From contig NC_014972.1 in assembly GCF_000186885.1 (NCBI RefSeq), positions 660,001 through 692,000 of the forward strand: DNA of 32,000 nucleotides, in the 5' to 3' direction. This DNA is from Desulfobulbus propionicus DSM 2032 (lineage in GTDB: Bacteria > Desulfobacterota > Desulfobulbia > Desulfobulbales > Desulfobulbaceae). The notes under the pieces are model-generated. The model searched no databases, was not told the origin of the DNA, and worked only from the letters and a program-made list of their open reading frames with translations. Positions 22,974-31,083 of this stretch are shown in pieces. Numbering within the stretch: position 1 is the stretch's first letter; the number at the start of each line of letters is the position of its first letter. The position numbers and the translations under genes are program-made.

Positions 22974-23876
22974 TCAGCAATCGGGCGGAACGAAAAGAGG
23001 GGGTGTGGCCCCAGCTGTTCCGGCCTGGTCAAACAAGAGGGTCATGCCCGCCATGCCCGGCCGGCAGCGGACGCCGAAGGCATCCTTCAGGGCGCGCACG
23101 GCCTGTTCGCCGGTGCAGTGGCAGGGAAGGAGCAATTCCGGTTGCAGTGGGCGCAGGGCCTGGATGGTCTGGCTCAGGCGCCGCCGGTCGGCGTTGAGCA
23201 GATGGAAGCCGCCGATCACCGCCCGGATGGGCAGACCGTCATTGAGTCGCCGCACCTGCTGGAGGGTGTTGATCAGGCCCGCATGGGCGCAGCCGACGCA
23301 AACGACCAGGCCCTTGCCGGTGCGCACCCACAGGGCCAGGTCGTCGTCCACCGGGTCCGGCCGGTGGCCTGCCTGGTCGAGATAAAAAGGACCGCCGGTC
23401 TCTTCATAGGCGGTTTCGCGGGCGATGGGGCCGGTCAAGCCGACGATGCCGTCGAGCATGGTTGGTTGCTGCACCCAGTGCACCTGTTCCTGGGGATGAC
23501 GGTCCAGGGCGGCCATGGCGTCACGCGGCATCTGCAGGGGCTTGGCGATCCGGTTGCGGATGGCGTAACGGGGATTGACCGCGGCCGGATGGCAGTGGAG
23601 TTGCAGGGCGCGCGACTGGCGCAGAACCGGAGCCAGGCCGCCGCTGTGATCGTAATGGCCGTGACTGAGCACCAGGTGATCGGCGCTGGTCGGATCGATG
23701 CCCAGGGCCGGGCCATTGTGCAGCAGGGCCGCCCCCTGACCGGTGTCGAACAGAATGCGCCTGCCGCCGGTTTCCAGCCACAGGGCCAGGCCGTGCTCGG
23801 CCATGAGGCCGGCCCCGGCCTCGTTGTCGACCACGATGGTAAGTTGGAGGTGTTGGCGCGGGCCATCAAAGCTCAT
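22974..23876 (-). CDS. MBL-fold metallo-hydrolase (COG1237-like)
   Basis: N-terminus LTIVVDNEAGAGLMAEHGLALWLE..ILFDTGQG and the metal motif LVLSHGHYDHSGGL. The start overlaps the upstream stop (ATGA at 23873-23876). Confidence 0.85.
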   Translation of the reverse strand: MSFDGPRQHLQLTIVVDNEAGAGLMAEHGLALWLETGGRRILFDTGQGAALLHNGPALGIDPTSADHLVLSHGHYDHSGGLAPVLRQSRALQLHCHPAAVNPRYAIRNRIAKPLQMPRDAMAALDRHPQEQVHWVQQPTMLDGIVGLTGPIARETAYEETGGPFYLDQAGHRPDPVDDDLALWVRTGKGLVVCVGCAHAGLINTLQQVRRLNDGLPIRAVIGGFHLLNADRRRLSQTIQALRPLQPELLLPCHCTGEQAVRALKDAFGVRCRPGMAGMTLLFDQAGTAGATPPLFVPPDC

Positions 23877-24316
23877 GGTTGTTCTCGCCGCATGAATTTG
23901 CCTTCGCCCCGGGCCATGCGTTGTTCGCCGCACCGTATCTCTGCCTGGAGATGATAGAGCGGCGGGCAGGCGAAGAGCAGGCGGGCACGGAGTTCGAGGG
24001 GGGTGTCGCAGGCAACCGGATGGAGAAATCGAACGCGCAGATCGCCGGTCACCGCCTGGATGCCGTGATGCAGCAGCCAATGGGTCATGGCCGCGTCCAG
24101 CAGGGAGGCAAGGACGCCGCCGTGGACGATGTTATCGTACCCCTGCAGCTCGGTTCCCGCCACAACGAATGTTCGCACCTCGTCCGCTTTGGTCGGTTCG
24201 AAGGAAAGACGCCAGGAGCGGGGATGCAACGTGCCGCACAGCAGGCAGTGCTCATGCCCCCGCAGGACCTCGGCCGGAGGCAGCCGGCCGAGAACGGACT
24301 CTTCCACGATTTTCAT
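23873..24316 (-). CDS. PaaI-family hotdog-fold thioesterase
   Basis: HCLLCGTLHP... followed by NIVHGGVLASLLDAAM, typical of PaaI/4HBT-type thioesterases. ATGA overlap with the upstream gene at 24313-24316. Confidence 0.85.
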   Translation of the reverse strand: MKIVEESVLGRLPPAEVLRGHEHCLLCGTLHPRSWRLSFEPTKADEVRTFVVAGTELQGYDNIVHGGVLASLLDAAMTHWLLHHGIQAVTGDLRVRFLHPVACDTPLELRARLLFACPPLYHLQAEIRCGEQRMARGEGKFMRREQP

Positions 24317-24813
24317 GGCGTCGTGGCCTGGTACTCGCGGCGGCCCAGCTGTTGGGCGGTGGTCTCGTCGACCTCGTCCTGCCAGCCGTTGCGGGTGGCG
24401 GCAATACGGTCGAACTTGGCGGTGTAGGGTTTGATGTCCAACAGCGGCGTGTGGTCGAGGATATCCACGCCATCCAGGTGGAGCACGTTGCCTTCGATCC
24501 GGAGCAGTTCGACGATGCTCAGGCCGATGGCGTTGGGCCGGCAGGGGGCGCGGGTGGCAAAGATGCCGCGCTCGATGTCCTGAAGAAAGGGCTTGACGAT
24601 CAGCTGGGCTGGTTCCGCCCGGTGAAAATGGAAGAGCAGGTAGAGATGGGAAAATCCCTCCAGGTCTTGCAAGCCTTGGGCGAACGGGGGGAAAAGCTCG
24701 ACCCGGCCCTGACAGCCCTTGGCGTAGGCGGGCTGGATCGGCGTCTGCTTGGCCACGGTGTGTTCGCTGCGAATCACTCCGATGGGAAAATAGGTGAACC
24801 CTTGATCGCTCAT
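24313..24813 (-). CDS. tsaA: TsaA/TrmO-family SAM-binding methyltransferase-like protein
   Basis: IGVIRSEH...LEGFSHLYLLFHFH...TRAPCRPNAIGLSIVELL...LDGVDILDHTPLLDIKPY matches the TsaA/YaeB (UPF0066) pattern. ATG 24813 has GGAGG 8 nt upstream. Confidence 0.85.
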   Translation of the reverse strand: MSDQGFTYFPIGVIRSEHTVAKQTPIQPAYAKGCQGRVELFPPFAQGLQDLEGFSHLYLLFHFHRAEPAQLIVKPFLQDIERGIFATRAPCRPNAIGLSIVELLRIEGNVLHLDGVDILDHTPLLDIKPYTAKFDRIAATRNGWQDEVDETTAQQLGRREYQATTP

Positions 24814-24928
24814 GGTCGATGCCTCCGGCCGGGGCCGCCGTCGCCCGTCAAGGGTTCTGTTCCGTCTCCTCGCGGCATTATCGCGTCCTCCTGTGGATGA
24901 AAGGCAATCCAAGATTGCCGTCAACGAT

Positions 24929-24960
24929 GGCGGGACGACGTCCCGCCTTGCTCTTTTTTA
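24929..24960 (+). terminator. Plus-strand-oriented intrinsic terminator with no obvious plus-strand gene upstream
   Basis: GGCGGGAC (24929-24936) pairs with GTCCCGCC (24940-24947) around a 3-nt loop, then TTGCTCTTTTTTA. It is preceded by a second hairpin, GGCAATC-CAA-GATTGCC (24903-24919). Confidence 0.5.
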
Positions 24961-25176
24961 TGTTGAAGCAAGGGGGATGCCAAGTCGATACCCCTGGACA
25001 AGAGTGGCTAAGGGCTTGCTTCTGTGTATGCATGGAGGATTGGTCGTGCGGCGGGATAGCGCGAGGTGGCGGTTGTGCGACTGTTAACGATGCAATACGG
25101 TCGCGCGAGCGCTACTGTTTGAGGGCACGGGAAGATCGCGCGCCCCGTCCCTGGCAGGGCGCGTTGCGTCTGGCCC

Positions 25177-26736
25177 TCAGCGCGCCGGGCGATCGGTTCG
25201 CGGATGTTCGGCGGCCGACAGGTGGGCGCGGAGCAACAGTCGAGCCACCTCCTCGGGATTGCGCAGGTCGATACCGTTATCGGTGGGTGTGGCGTTCGCG
25301 CGACCGACGGCGGTACCGGCCCAGGCCTCGGCTTGACGGGGGTACTCCTTGCCCAGGGCGTCCAGGTTGTGGCTGGCCACCAGTTCCGGAAATTCGACCA
25401 GCACGTCGTAGGGGCCGGGCCGGGACATCACCTTGGCAAGGATGGCGATCAGGTCGAGGAGGAACAGGGTGCCGAAGACGATGGTGAACTGGAACAGGGC
25501 CGCCATCCACTTGTAGCGCTGGACAAGGGGGTGGGCGTCGTTGCCTGTTTCGGGAACAAAGATCACCTTGAACAGACCGATGGTCTCCTCCATGGGGTCA
25601 AAGCGGCCCTCGGCCTTGGCGTGGTAGCTCTTGAGCACCGGATCGAAGCGCAGCTTGTGGCTGGCCAGTTGCTCGTCGTGTTCCTGTTCCGCGCGGGTGA
25701 TCGCCTGGGTGAGTTTGTCGATCCGTTCCTTGCGTTCCCTGGCCTCGCCGAGCAGCGCCGCCTGGCGGTCGGCATCCAGCTGGGCCAGCGCCTGGTGGGG
25801 GGAATCGGCGGGATCGATCGCGGCCGCGCGTGCAAGCAGCTGCTCGTAGCGCTGCCGCGCCGCCTGCTCCGCCTTGGAGAGCAGCTCGAGATCGCGCGCC
25901 AGTTCATTGTATTTGGCGCCCTGGCCAGGCTTGCCGGTTCCGCCGCGCTCGCCGGCCAGCCGGCCCCGGGCCTCGTCCTTGAGATCCTGCTCGACCTGGC
26001 GGATGCGGGCCGAGAGCCCTTTCCACTCGGTCAGGGCCGCGGCTGTTTCCTGGTCAAGGGCCTGCCGGCGGCCGCGGGCGCTGTCCTCCTGCTGGCGAAC
26101 GGCCTGCTTGGCCAGCTCCTCGGCGAACAGCTTGGGATCGGTGGGGCCAACGGCCCGTTCCCTGGCCAGCTGCGCCCGCAGCTCGCCAATGCGGGCGCCG
26201 TCGCGGGTTTCGAGGGCCAGGCGTTCCGTGCGCTCCGCGGTTTGCAGCTCGTTGAGCCGTGCGCGGTACTCGCCCTGGAGCCGTTCGCTGATCGCCCCCT
26301 GGTACTGTTCCAGGCAGAAGGGAAAGGCGATGGCCACGCTGATCACCCCGGCCAAGCCGATGCGGAAGCAGACCTGTACCATTTTGTGCCGCCAGGGCTG
26401 AAAGGGCCGGTAGGTGGCCAGGAGGATGCGGTCGACGTTCATGATGACAAAGGCCCAGACCAGGGCAAGGAACAGGGCCAGGAGGGGCCGGGGCGACGCG
26501 AAGCGGCTGGAGGCGTACAGATACATGCCGAAAAAGGCAAGCAGGGTCGGGATCAGCACCGAGGAGCCAAGGATGGCGACCCGCTCGCGTTCGCTTTCCG
26601 GCAGCTGCTCGAGGGTGGCCGTGCGTGCTCCGGCCAGCCAGTAGAGGAGGGCCAACGGCCAGCTCCAGCGGCCTGTTTGCCGGGTCGGTCGGTCGGTCAA
26701 TCGTTTCAGGTGATCAAGAGGGGTGTTCAGGTCCAT
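25177..26736 (-). CDS. DUF4407-family membrane protein with long central coiled coil
   Basis: The N-terminal pattern WLAGA...ILGSSVLIPTLLAFFGMYLYA...LVWAFVIMNVDRILL matches the DUF4407 signature as I recall it. It has about 230 aa of Glu/Arg/Ala/Leu-rich coiled coil and a further TM helix (ALFQFTIVFGTLFLLDLIAILA). Confidence 0.75.
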   Translation of the reverse strand: MDLNTPLDHLKRLTDRPTRQTGRWSWPLALLYWLAGARTATLEQLPESERERVAILGSSVLIPTLLAFFGMYLYASSRFASPRPLLALFLALVWAFVIMNVDRILLATYRPFQPWRHKMVQVCFRIGLAGVISVAIAFPFCLEQYQGAISERLQGEYRARLNELQTAERTERLALETRDGARIGELRAQLARERAVGPTDPKLFAEELAKQAVRQQEDSARGRRQALDQETAAALTEWKGLSARIRQVEQDLKDEARGRLAGERGGTGKPGQGAKYNELARDLELLSKAEQAARQRYEQLLARAAAIDPADSPHQALAQLDADRQAALLGEARERKERIDKLTQAITRAEQEHDEQLASHKLRFDPVLKSYHAKAEGRFDPMEETIGLFKVIFVPETGNDAHPLVQRYKWMAALFQFTIVFGTLFLLDLIAILAKVMSRPGPYDVLVEFPELVASHNLDALGKEYPRQAEAWAGTAVGRANATPTDNGIDLRNPEEVARLLLRAHLSAAEHPRTDRPAR

Positions 26737-27042
26737 GAGATTCGGTATCCTTGAGGCCTCCCCTGGCAGGGAGGCGCGGGGTCGGTGGTGATGACGGCGC
26801 GCGGCCGGGGCGGTGTTTGCCCGCCACGGATCGGTCAGCGGCAGGCGGCGAAGAGGGGGAAAGGATACCCAAAAATCGGTTTTTTTGCGAGAAGAATAAC
26901 GAAAGTGAAATTAGCGCCCGGTTTTCTTGACGATAATTCCCTGGAAAAATCCCCGTCGGACTCGTACAATGCCGACCAGCAACCCCTGTTTTTCCGGCCC
27001 GGCCCACCCGCCCGGCCGAAACCGCTCAGCAAAGGAACGCCC

Positions 27043-27612
27043 GTGAAAATCGTCAACATCCTTGGCAGTCCGCGAAAAAACGGCACCAGCGCCCGCATTG
27101 CCCGGGCCTTCACCGAAACCGCCGCCACCTACGGCGCGACGATCACCGAGTATCCGCTCAACAGCATGCACTACCGGGGCTGCCAGGGCTGCGAAGGCTG
27201 CCACACCCGCTCCGAGCGTTGCGTGCTGCTCGACGACGTGACCGCGGTGCTTGACGACCTCCACCGGGCCGATATCGTCGTTTTTTCCGCGCCGGTCTAT
27301 TTCGGCGACACCTGCGGCCAGTTCAAGTCCTTTTACGATCGGATGTGGTCGTTGATCCGCACCGACGCCGGCGAGGACGAGCGCGGCAGCCGTCTGCTGC
27401 CGGGCAAGACCGCGGTGCTCATCCTCACCCATGTCGATGCCGCCGGCGCGCATGACGATGTGGTTCAACGCTATACCCTCCATCTGGAGCTGTTCGGCTT
27501 CGAGGTGCGGCCCCTCGTCGCCACCGGCCTTCGCCTGCAGTCCAGCGCCGATGTGGATGCCCAGTTGAGCGCGGCGGCCGCCCTGGCGCGCGAACTGGTA
27601 CGCGCCGGCTAG
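27043..27612 (+). CDS. Iron-sulfur flavoprotein (Isf-like, NADPH-dependent FMN reductase fold)
   Basis: GTG start 6 nt after AAAGGA. N-terminus KIVNILGSPRKNGTS is flavodoxin-like. The compact Cys motif CQGCEGCHTRSERC (CX2CX2CX6C) is characteristic of Isf proteins. Confidence 0.75.
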   Translation: MKIVNILGSPRKNGTSARIARAFTETAATYGATITEYPLNSMHYRGCQGCEGCHTRSERCVLLDDVTAVLDDLHRADIVVFSAPVYFGDTCGQFKSFYDRMWSLIRTDAGEDERGSRLLPGKTAVLILTHVDAAGAHDDVVQRYTLHLELFGFEVRPLVATGLRLQSSADVDAQLSAAAALARELVRAG

Positions 27613-28088
27613 CCCCCCGGCCGCGCGGCGCCAAGGGCGTGAAAAAGGGCATCGCCCACGGCGAGGATGTCCCGGCCGTAGCGGGCAAAGGCGCTCAGTC
27701 GCCGGCGCAGCTGCGGGTAGGCCGCCAGGGGGAGATCGCCCCGGGCGCAGAGGGCGAGGAGCAGCATCAGGGTGTTGTAATAGCCCAGCCCCAGCCGCCG
27801 GGCGGCGAGCAGCACCTGCCGATCTTCCGACAGCACGGGCAGATGCAGCAGGGATGCGCTCCGGCAGACCGCCTGGTCCGTGGTCCCGGTCGGGGCGGTC
27901 GCAAGCAGGGTGGCACCGGCGATTTCGCCGCCGAATTCGGCGATGACCTGGGGAATGAGCACCAGCTGAACGCAACCGGCCACGCGGGGCAGCAGCTCCA
28001 GTCGTTCCAGGTAGATGAGGGTGGAGGTATCGACGACTCCGCCCGCAAGTCCCCGCAGTGCCGCCAGCAATTTGTCCGTATCGACCAT
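27609..28088 (-). CDS. PIN-like domain protein (tentative), orphan
   Basis: ATG 28088 has GGAG 8 nt upstream. 159 aa; VVDTSTLIYLERLELL and LSEDRQVLLAARRLGL resemble PIN/DUF3368-type motifs. This is the C-terminal part of a 576-aa track ORF whose remainder looks spurious. Confidence 0.5.
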   Translation of the reverse strand: MVDTDKLLAALRGLAGGVVDTSTLIYLERLELLPRVAGCVQLVLIPQVIAEFGGEIAGATLLATAPTGTTDQAVCRSASLLHLPVLSEDRQVLLAARRLGLGYYNTLMLLLALCARGDLPLAAYPQLRRRLSAFARYGRDILAVGDALFHALGAARPGG

Positions 28089-28187
28089 GCCAAAGCTCCG
28101 GTTCAGTGGTTCAGCCCGTCTCGATTGTGACCCTGCGTGGCCCAAGGTACCGAGAGCCAACCCTTTTCGCAACCCCAGGAGGTTCCC

Positions 28188-29018
28188 ATGGACCTGCACT
28201 TCACCATTGACCGCGACCTGTGCATCCAGTGCGGTGCCTGTGCCGACGACTGTCCGTTTCATATCATCGACCTGACCGACGGGTATCCGGCCCTCAATCC
28301 CGCCCGAGAGCACCATTGCATCCAATGCCAGCACTGTCTGGCGGTCTGCCCGACCGCCGCCCTGTCCATCTGCGGCTGCGATCCGCACCAGTCGCTGCCC
28401 CTGCCGCAGAGTCTGCCCAGCGGTCAGCAGATGGAGGCCCTGATCCGCGGGCGACGATCGGTGCGCCGCTATCATCCGGAAGCGCTGGACCCCGCCCTGA
28501 TCGCGGACCTGCTCCGCACCGTGGCCAACGCCCCCACCGGAAAGAACAACCGCCAGTGTCTGTTCACCGTGATCGAGGACCGGGCGAGCATGGATGTCTT
28601 CCGCCGGGAAACCATGGAGGGGCTGCGCCGGGCCGTGGCCAGCAAGCGGCTTTCCGAAGGCTTGAGCTACTTCCGCCACGTGGTCACCGCCTGGGATCAG
28701 GGCAAGGACATCATCTTCCGCAACGCCCCCCATTTGCTGATGGTATCGGCTCCCCCGACCATCACCACCCCGGATGCCGACCTGCTGATCGCCATGAGCT
28801 ACTTCGAGCTGCTGGCCGCCTCCAAGGGCATCGGCACCCTGTGGAACGCCATGATCCGCTGGGCCCTGGCAACGATCGACACCGACCTGTACCGACTGCT
28901 CGGTATCCCCGATGACCACGTCAAGGGCTACACCCTGCTCTTTGGCCGACCGGCGGTCCACTATCATCGCACCGTGCAGCGCGACGAGGCGCGGATCAAC
29001 CGGGTGCGGCTGCCCTGA
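28188..29018 (+). CDS. Ferredoxin (2x[4Fe-4S]) fused to a nitroreductase-family domain
   Basis: AGGAGG RBS upstream. Cluster motifs CIQCGACADDCP and CIQCQHCLAVCP, then the nitroreductase pattern RRSVRRY...APTGKNNQ-like (APTGKNNRQ). Confidence 0.85.
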   Translation: MDLHFTIDRDLCIQCGACADDCPFHIIDLTDGYPALNPAREHHCIQCQHCLAVCPTAALSICGCDPHQSLPLPQSLPSGQQMEALIRGRRSVRRYHPEALDPALIADLLRTVANAPTGKNNRQCLFTVIEDRASMDVFRRETMEGLRRAVASKRLSEGLSYFRHVVTAWDQGKDIIFRNAPHLLMVSAPPTITTPDADLLIAMSYFELLAASKGIGTLWNAMIRWALATIDTDLYRLLGIPDDHVKGYTLLFGRPAVHYHRTVQRDEARINRVRLP

Positions 29019-29032
29019 TGCACCGGCGGCGC

Positions 29033-29066
29033 GGTCGCCAGCCCGTCTCGATGCGGGCTGGCGACC
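29033..29066 (+). terminator. Perfect 13-bp stem hairpin after the nitroreductase gene
   Basis: GGTCGCCAGCCCG pairs with CGGGCTGGCGACC around an 8-nt loop, 15 nt after the stop codon. No U-tract follows. A second hairpin lies at 29158-29181 (CCGACCGA/TCGGTCGG). Confidence 0.5.
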
Positions 29067-29229
29067 GTGCCAACCTTCCCTGCCAGGCCAACGACCATCC
29101 TGGCGTTCCCCCCGTGTCTTCTCCTGCCCCGCCATTGCACTGATCGCGCCCATGAGGCCGACCGATTCCCGTGTCGGTCGGTTGCCACCTACTTTTGCCC
29201 CGAACAAGGGAAGATAACCGCAGTCAGCT

Positions 29230-29724
29230 TGAATAACAAAAATGCAACTCTCTTTGTTGCTGTTTTTATTGGTTAAAATTGAGGGATCCGCATGCGATAT
29301 TTTTTTCTCCGCTCTTGTTTGGCTGAAATCATGGAGCAAAGGGAGGTTAAAGAAAGAAGCTGTCTGCTAAGCAAGAAATGGAGTATTGGCGAGCTTTAAC
29401 GAGTAAATTGAAGATATGGTGAAATAGTGTTTTGTGCACAACCTGTTGATAACTTTTTGAACCAAAATTTAATTATTTGAAATTATATGATATTTTCTGA
29501 TTTTTTGTAAAATTGACGCTTTCATTGGGGGTTGCGGTTGCCCCGCCGTGGAAAGCCCATTGCCTGCAAGGGATTCCAGACTGTGGACAAACTTCTTGTT
29601 TGTACCGTGAAATCGACTCAAACCGCTTTTGACCGGTGGCGGGATTTTCTGTAGATCATGGCCTATCCAACGGGCCGTTTGCGGTCCCGGGAAAAATTGT
29701 TCACGAGGAAGGGAAAAGAATTGT
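29230..29724. other. Candidate chromosomal replication origin (oriC) upstream of dnaA
   Basis: A sharp drop in GC content with a very AT-rich core at about 29455-29515. DnaA-box-like 9-mers: TGTTGATAA (29444-29452, 1 mismatch), TGTGGACAA (29582-29590, 1 mismatch) and TGTGCACAA (29433-29441, 2 mismatches). It is adjacent to dnaA. Confidence 0.5.
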
Positions 29725-31044
29725 ATGCTGTGGAACGCGATTAAAACCTCTTTGCACGGAGCCATACCGGAGAGCGAATTCGGCCTGTGGATCAAACCGC
29801 TGGAATGCCGGCGGCACGATGACGGGGTGTTGGAGCTTGTCGGACCGGACCGGTTTTTCTGCGCCTGGGTGGAAGATCGTTATCTGGGGCTTATTCGCAC
29901 CAAGGCGGCGGAACTGGGCGAGATCACCGACGTGCGGCTGCAAGCGGCCGCCACTCCGCCCCTGCGCTTTGAGAGCGGCAAGGGTGGTCAGCTCAAGCTG
30001 CCGGGCGTGACCAGCGCCGGGCCCCGACTGCGCTCCCTCCATCCGGCCTTCACCTTTGAGCAGTTCATGGTCGGCGAATCAAACCTGTTGGCCCGATCCG
30101 CCTGCCAGGCACTGGCCACCGGCGACGCCACCTTCGGCAACTGCCTGTTCATGAACAGCACCACCGGGCTGGGCAAGAGCCATCTGACCCAGGCCGTGGT
30201 TCACCAGGTGCTGCGCTCCGCCCCGTCCACCCGGTTGCACTATCTCACCGCCCAGCAGTTTTCCGCCGAGATGGTCAAGGGCATCCGCACCAACGCCATG
30301 GAGCAGTTCTCCAAAAAATACATCAACGACTGCGACATGCTACTGGTCGAGGACGTCCATACCCTGACCGGCAAGACCAAGACCCAGGAAGAACTCAACA
30401 CCATCCTCGACTACCTGATCAAATCCGGCCGTCGGGTCATCCTGACCTCGGCCCTGCCGCCGACCAAGCTGGCGGGCATTGACGACGATTTCCGCAGTCG
30501 CATGACCTCGGGCCTGGTCACCGGCATTGAGTCGCCCGATTACGAAACCCGGGCGCGGATCATCCGCCACAAGCTGCAGATGCACGGCCTGGGCGCGGAC
30601 GAGGACTTGGTGGGTTTCATGGCCGAGAGTCTGCAGGGCGATGTCCGCCGCATGGAGAGCGCGATCATCGGCATCAAGGCCAAGTCCTGCCTGCTGGGCG
30701 CGCCGCCGGATCTGGGCATGGTCCGGGAGGTGGTGTACGGGCTGATCGGCAGCCGGGCGGACATCACCGGCGAGGCGATCCGCGAGCTGATCGGCCGCCA
30801 GTTTCGGGTCAGCATCGAGGACCTGTGCTCCCGCTCGCGCAAGCGCTCGATCACCTTTCCCCGCCAGCTGGCCATGTACCTCACCCGCAAGTACACCACC
30901 AAGTCGCTGGCCGACATCGGCAGTCTGTACAACCGCGACCATTCGACCGTGCTCTACGCTATCAAGACCATCACCAAGGACATGTCGCAGCAGACCACGG
31001 TGCGGCAGCAGGTGGAACTGCTCTCCGCCAAGCTGAAGAACTAG
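29725..31044 (+). CDS. dnaA: Chromosomal replication initiator protein DnaA
   Basis: Walker A GLGKSHL, Walker B LLVEDVH, and the C-terminal DNA-binding signature LADIGSLYNRDHSTVLYAIKTI. ATG 29725 gives 439 aa. Confidence 0.95.
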   Translation: MLWNAIKTSLHGAIPESEFGLWIKPLECRRHDDGVLELVGPDRFFCAWVEDRYLGLIRTKAAELGEITDVRLQAAATPPLRFESGKGGQLKLPGVTSAGPRLRSLHPAFTFEQFMVGESNLLARSACQALATGDATFGNCLFMNSTTGLGKSHLTQAVVHQVLRSAPSTRLHYLTAQQFSAEMVKGIRTNAMEQFSKKYINDCDMLLVEDVHTLTGKTKTQEELNTILDYLIKSGRRVILTSALPPTKLAGIDDDFRSRMTSGLVTGIESPDYETRARIIRHKLQMHGLGADEDLVGFMAESLQGDVRRMESAIIGIKAKSCLLGAPPDLGMVREVVYGLIGSRADITGEAIRELIGRQFRVSIEDLCSRSRKRSITFPRQLAMYLTRKYTTKSLADIGSLYNRDHSTVLYAIKTITKDMSQQTTVRQQVELLSAKLKN

Positions 31045-31083
31045 CCCGCCCGCCTCGCGGTCCGGCCAGCTTTCGGGCCGAGG

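Noticed and set aside
25152-25168. Sigma-54-like sequence CTGGCAGGGCGCGTTGCG
   Set aside because: The GG-to-GC spacing is 11 nt rather than the strict 10 nt. It also points into the 3' end of the DUF4407 gene in antisense orientation.
28089-29339. N-terminal 417 aa of the 576-aa minus-strand ORF 27609-29339
   Set aside because: It runs antisense through the ferredoxin-nitroreductase gene and into the AT-rich region. Only the C-terminal 159 aa, with its own RBS, is plausible.
29331-29399. 22-codon ORF (MEQREVKERSCLLSKKWSIGEL) in the AT-rich region upstream of dnaA
   Set aside because: There is no convincing RBS and no supporting signal, and the region is better explained as origin or noncoding sequence.
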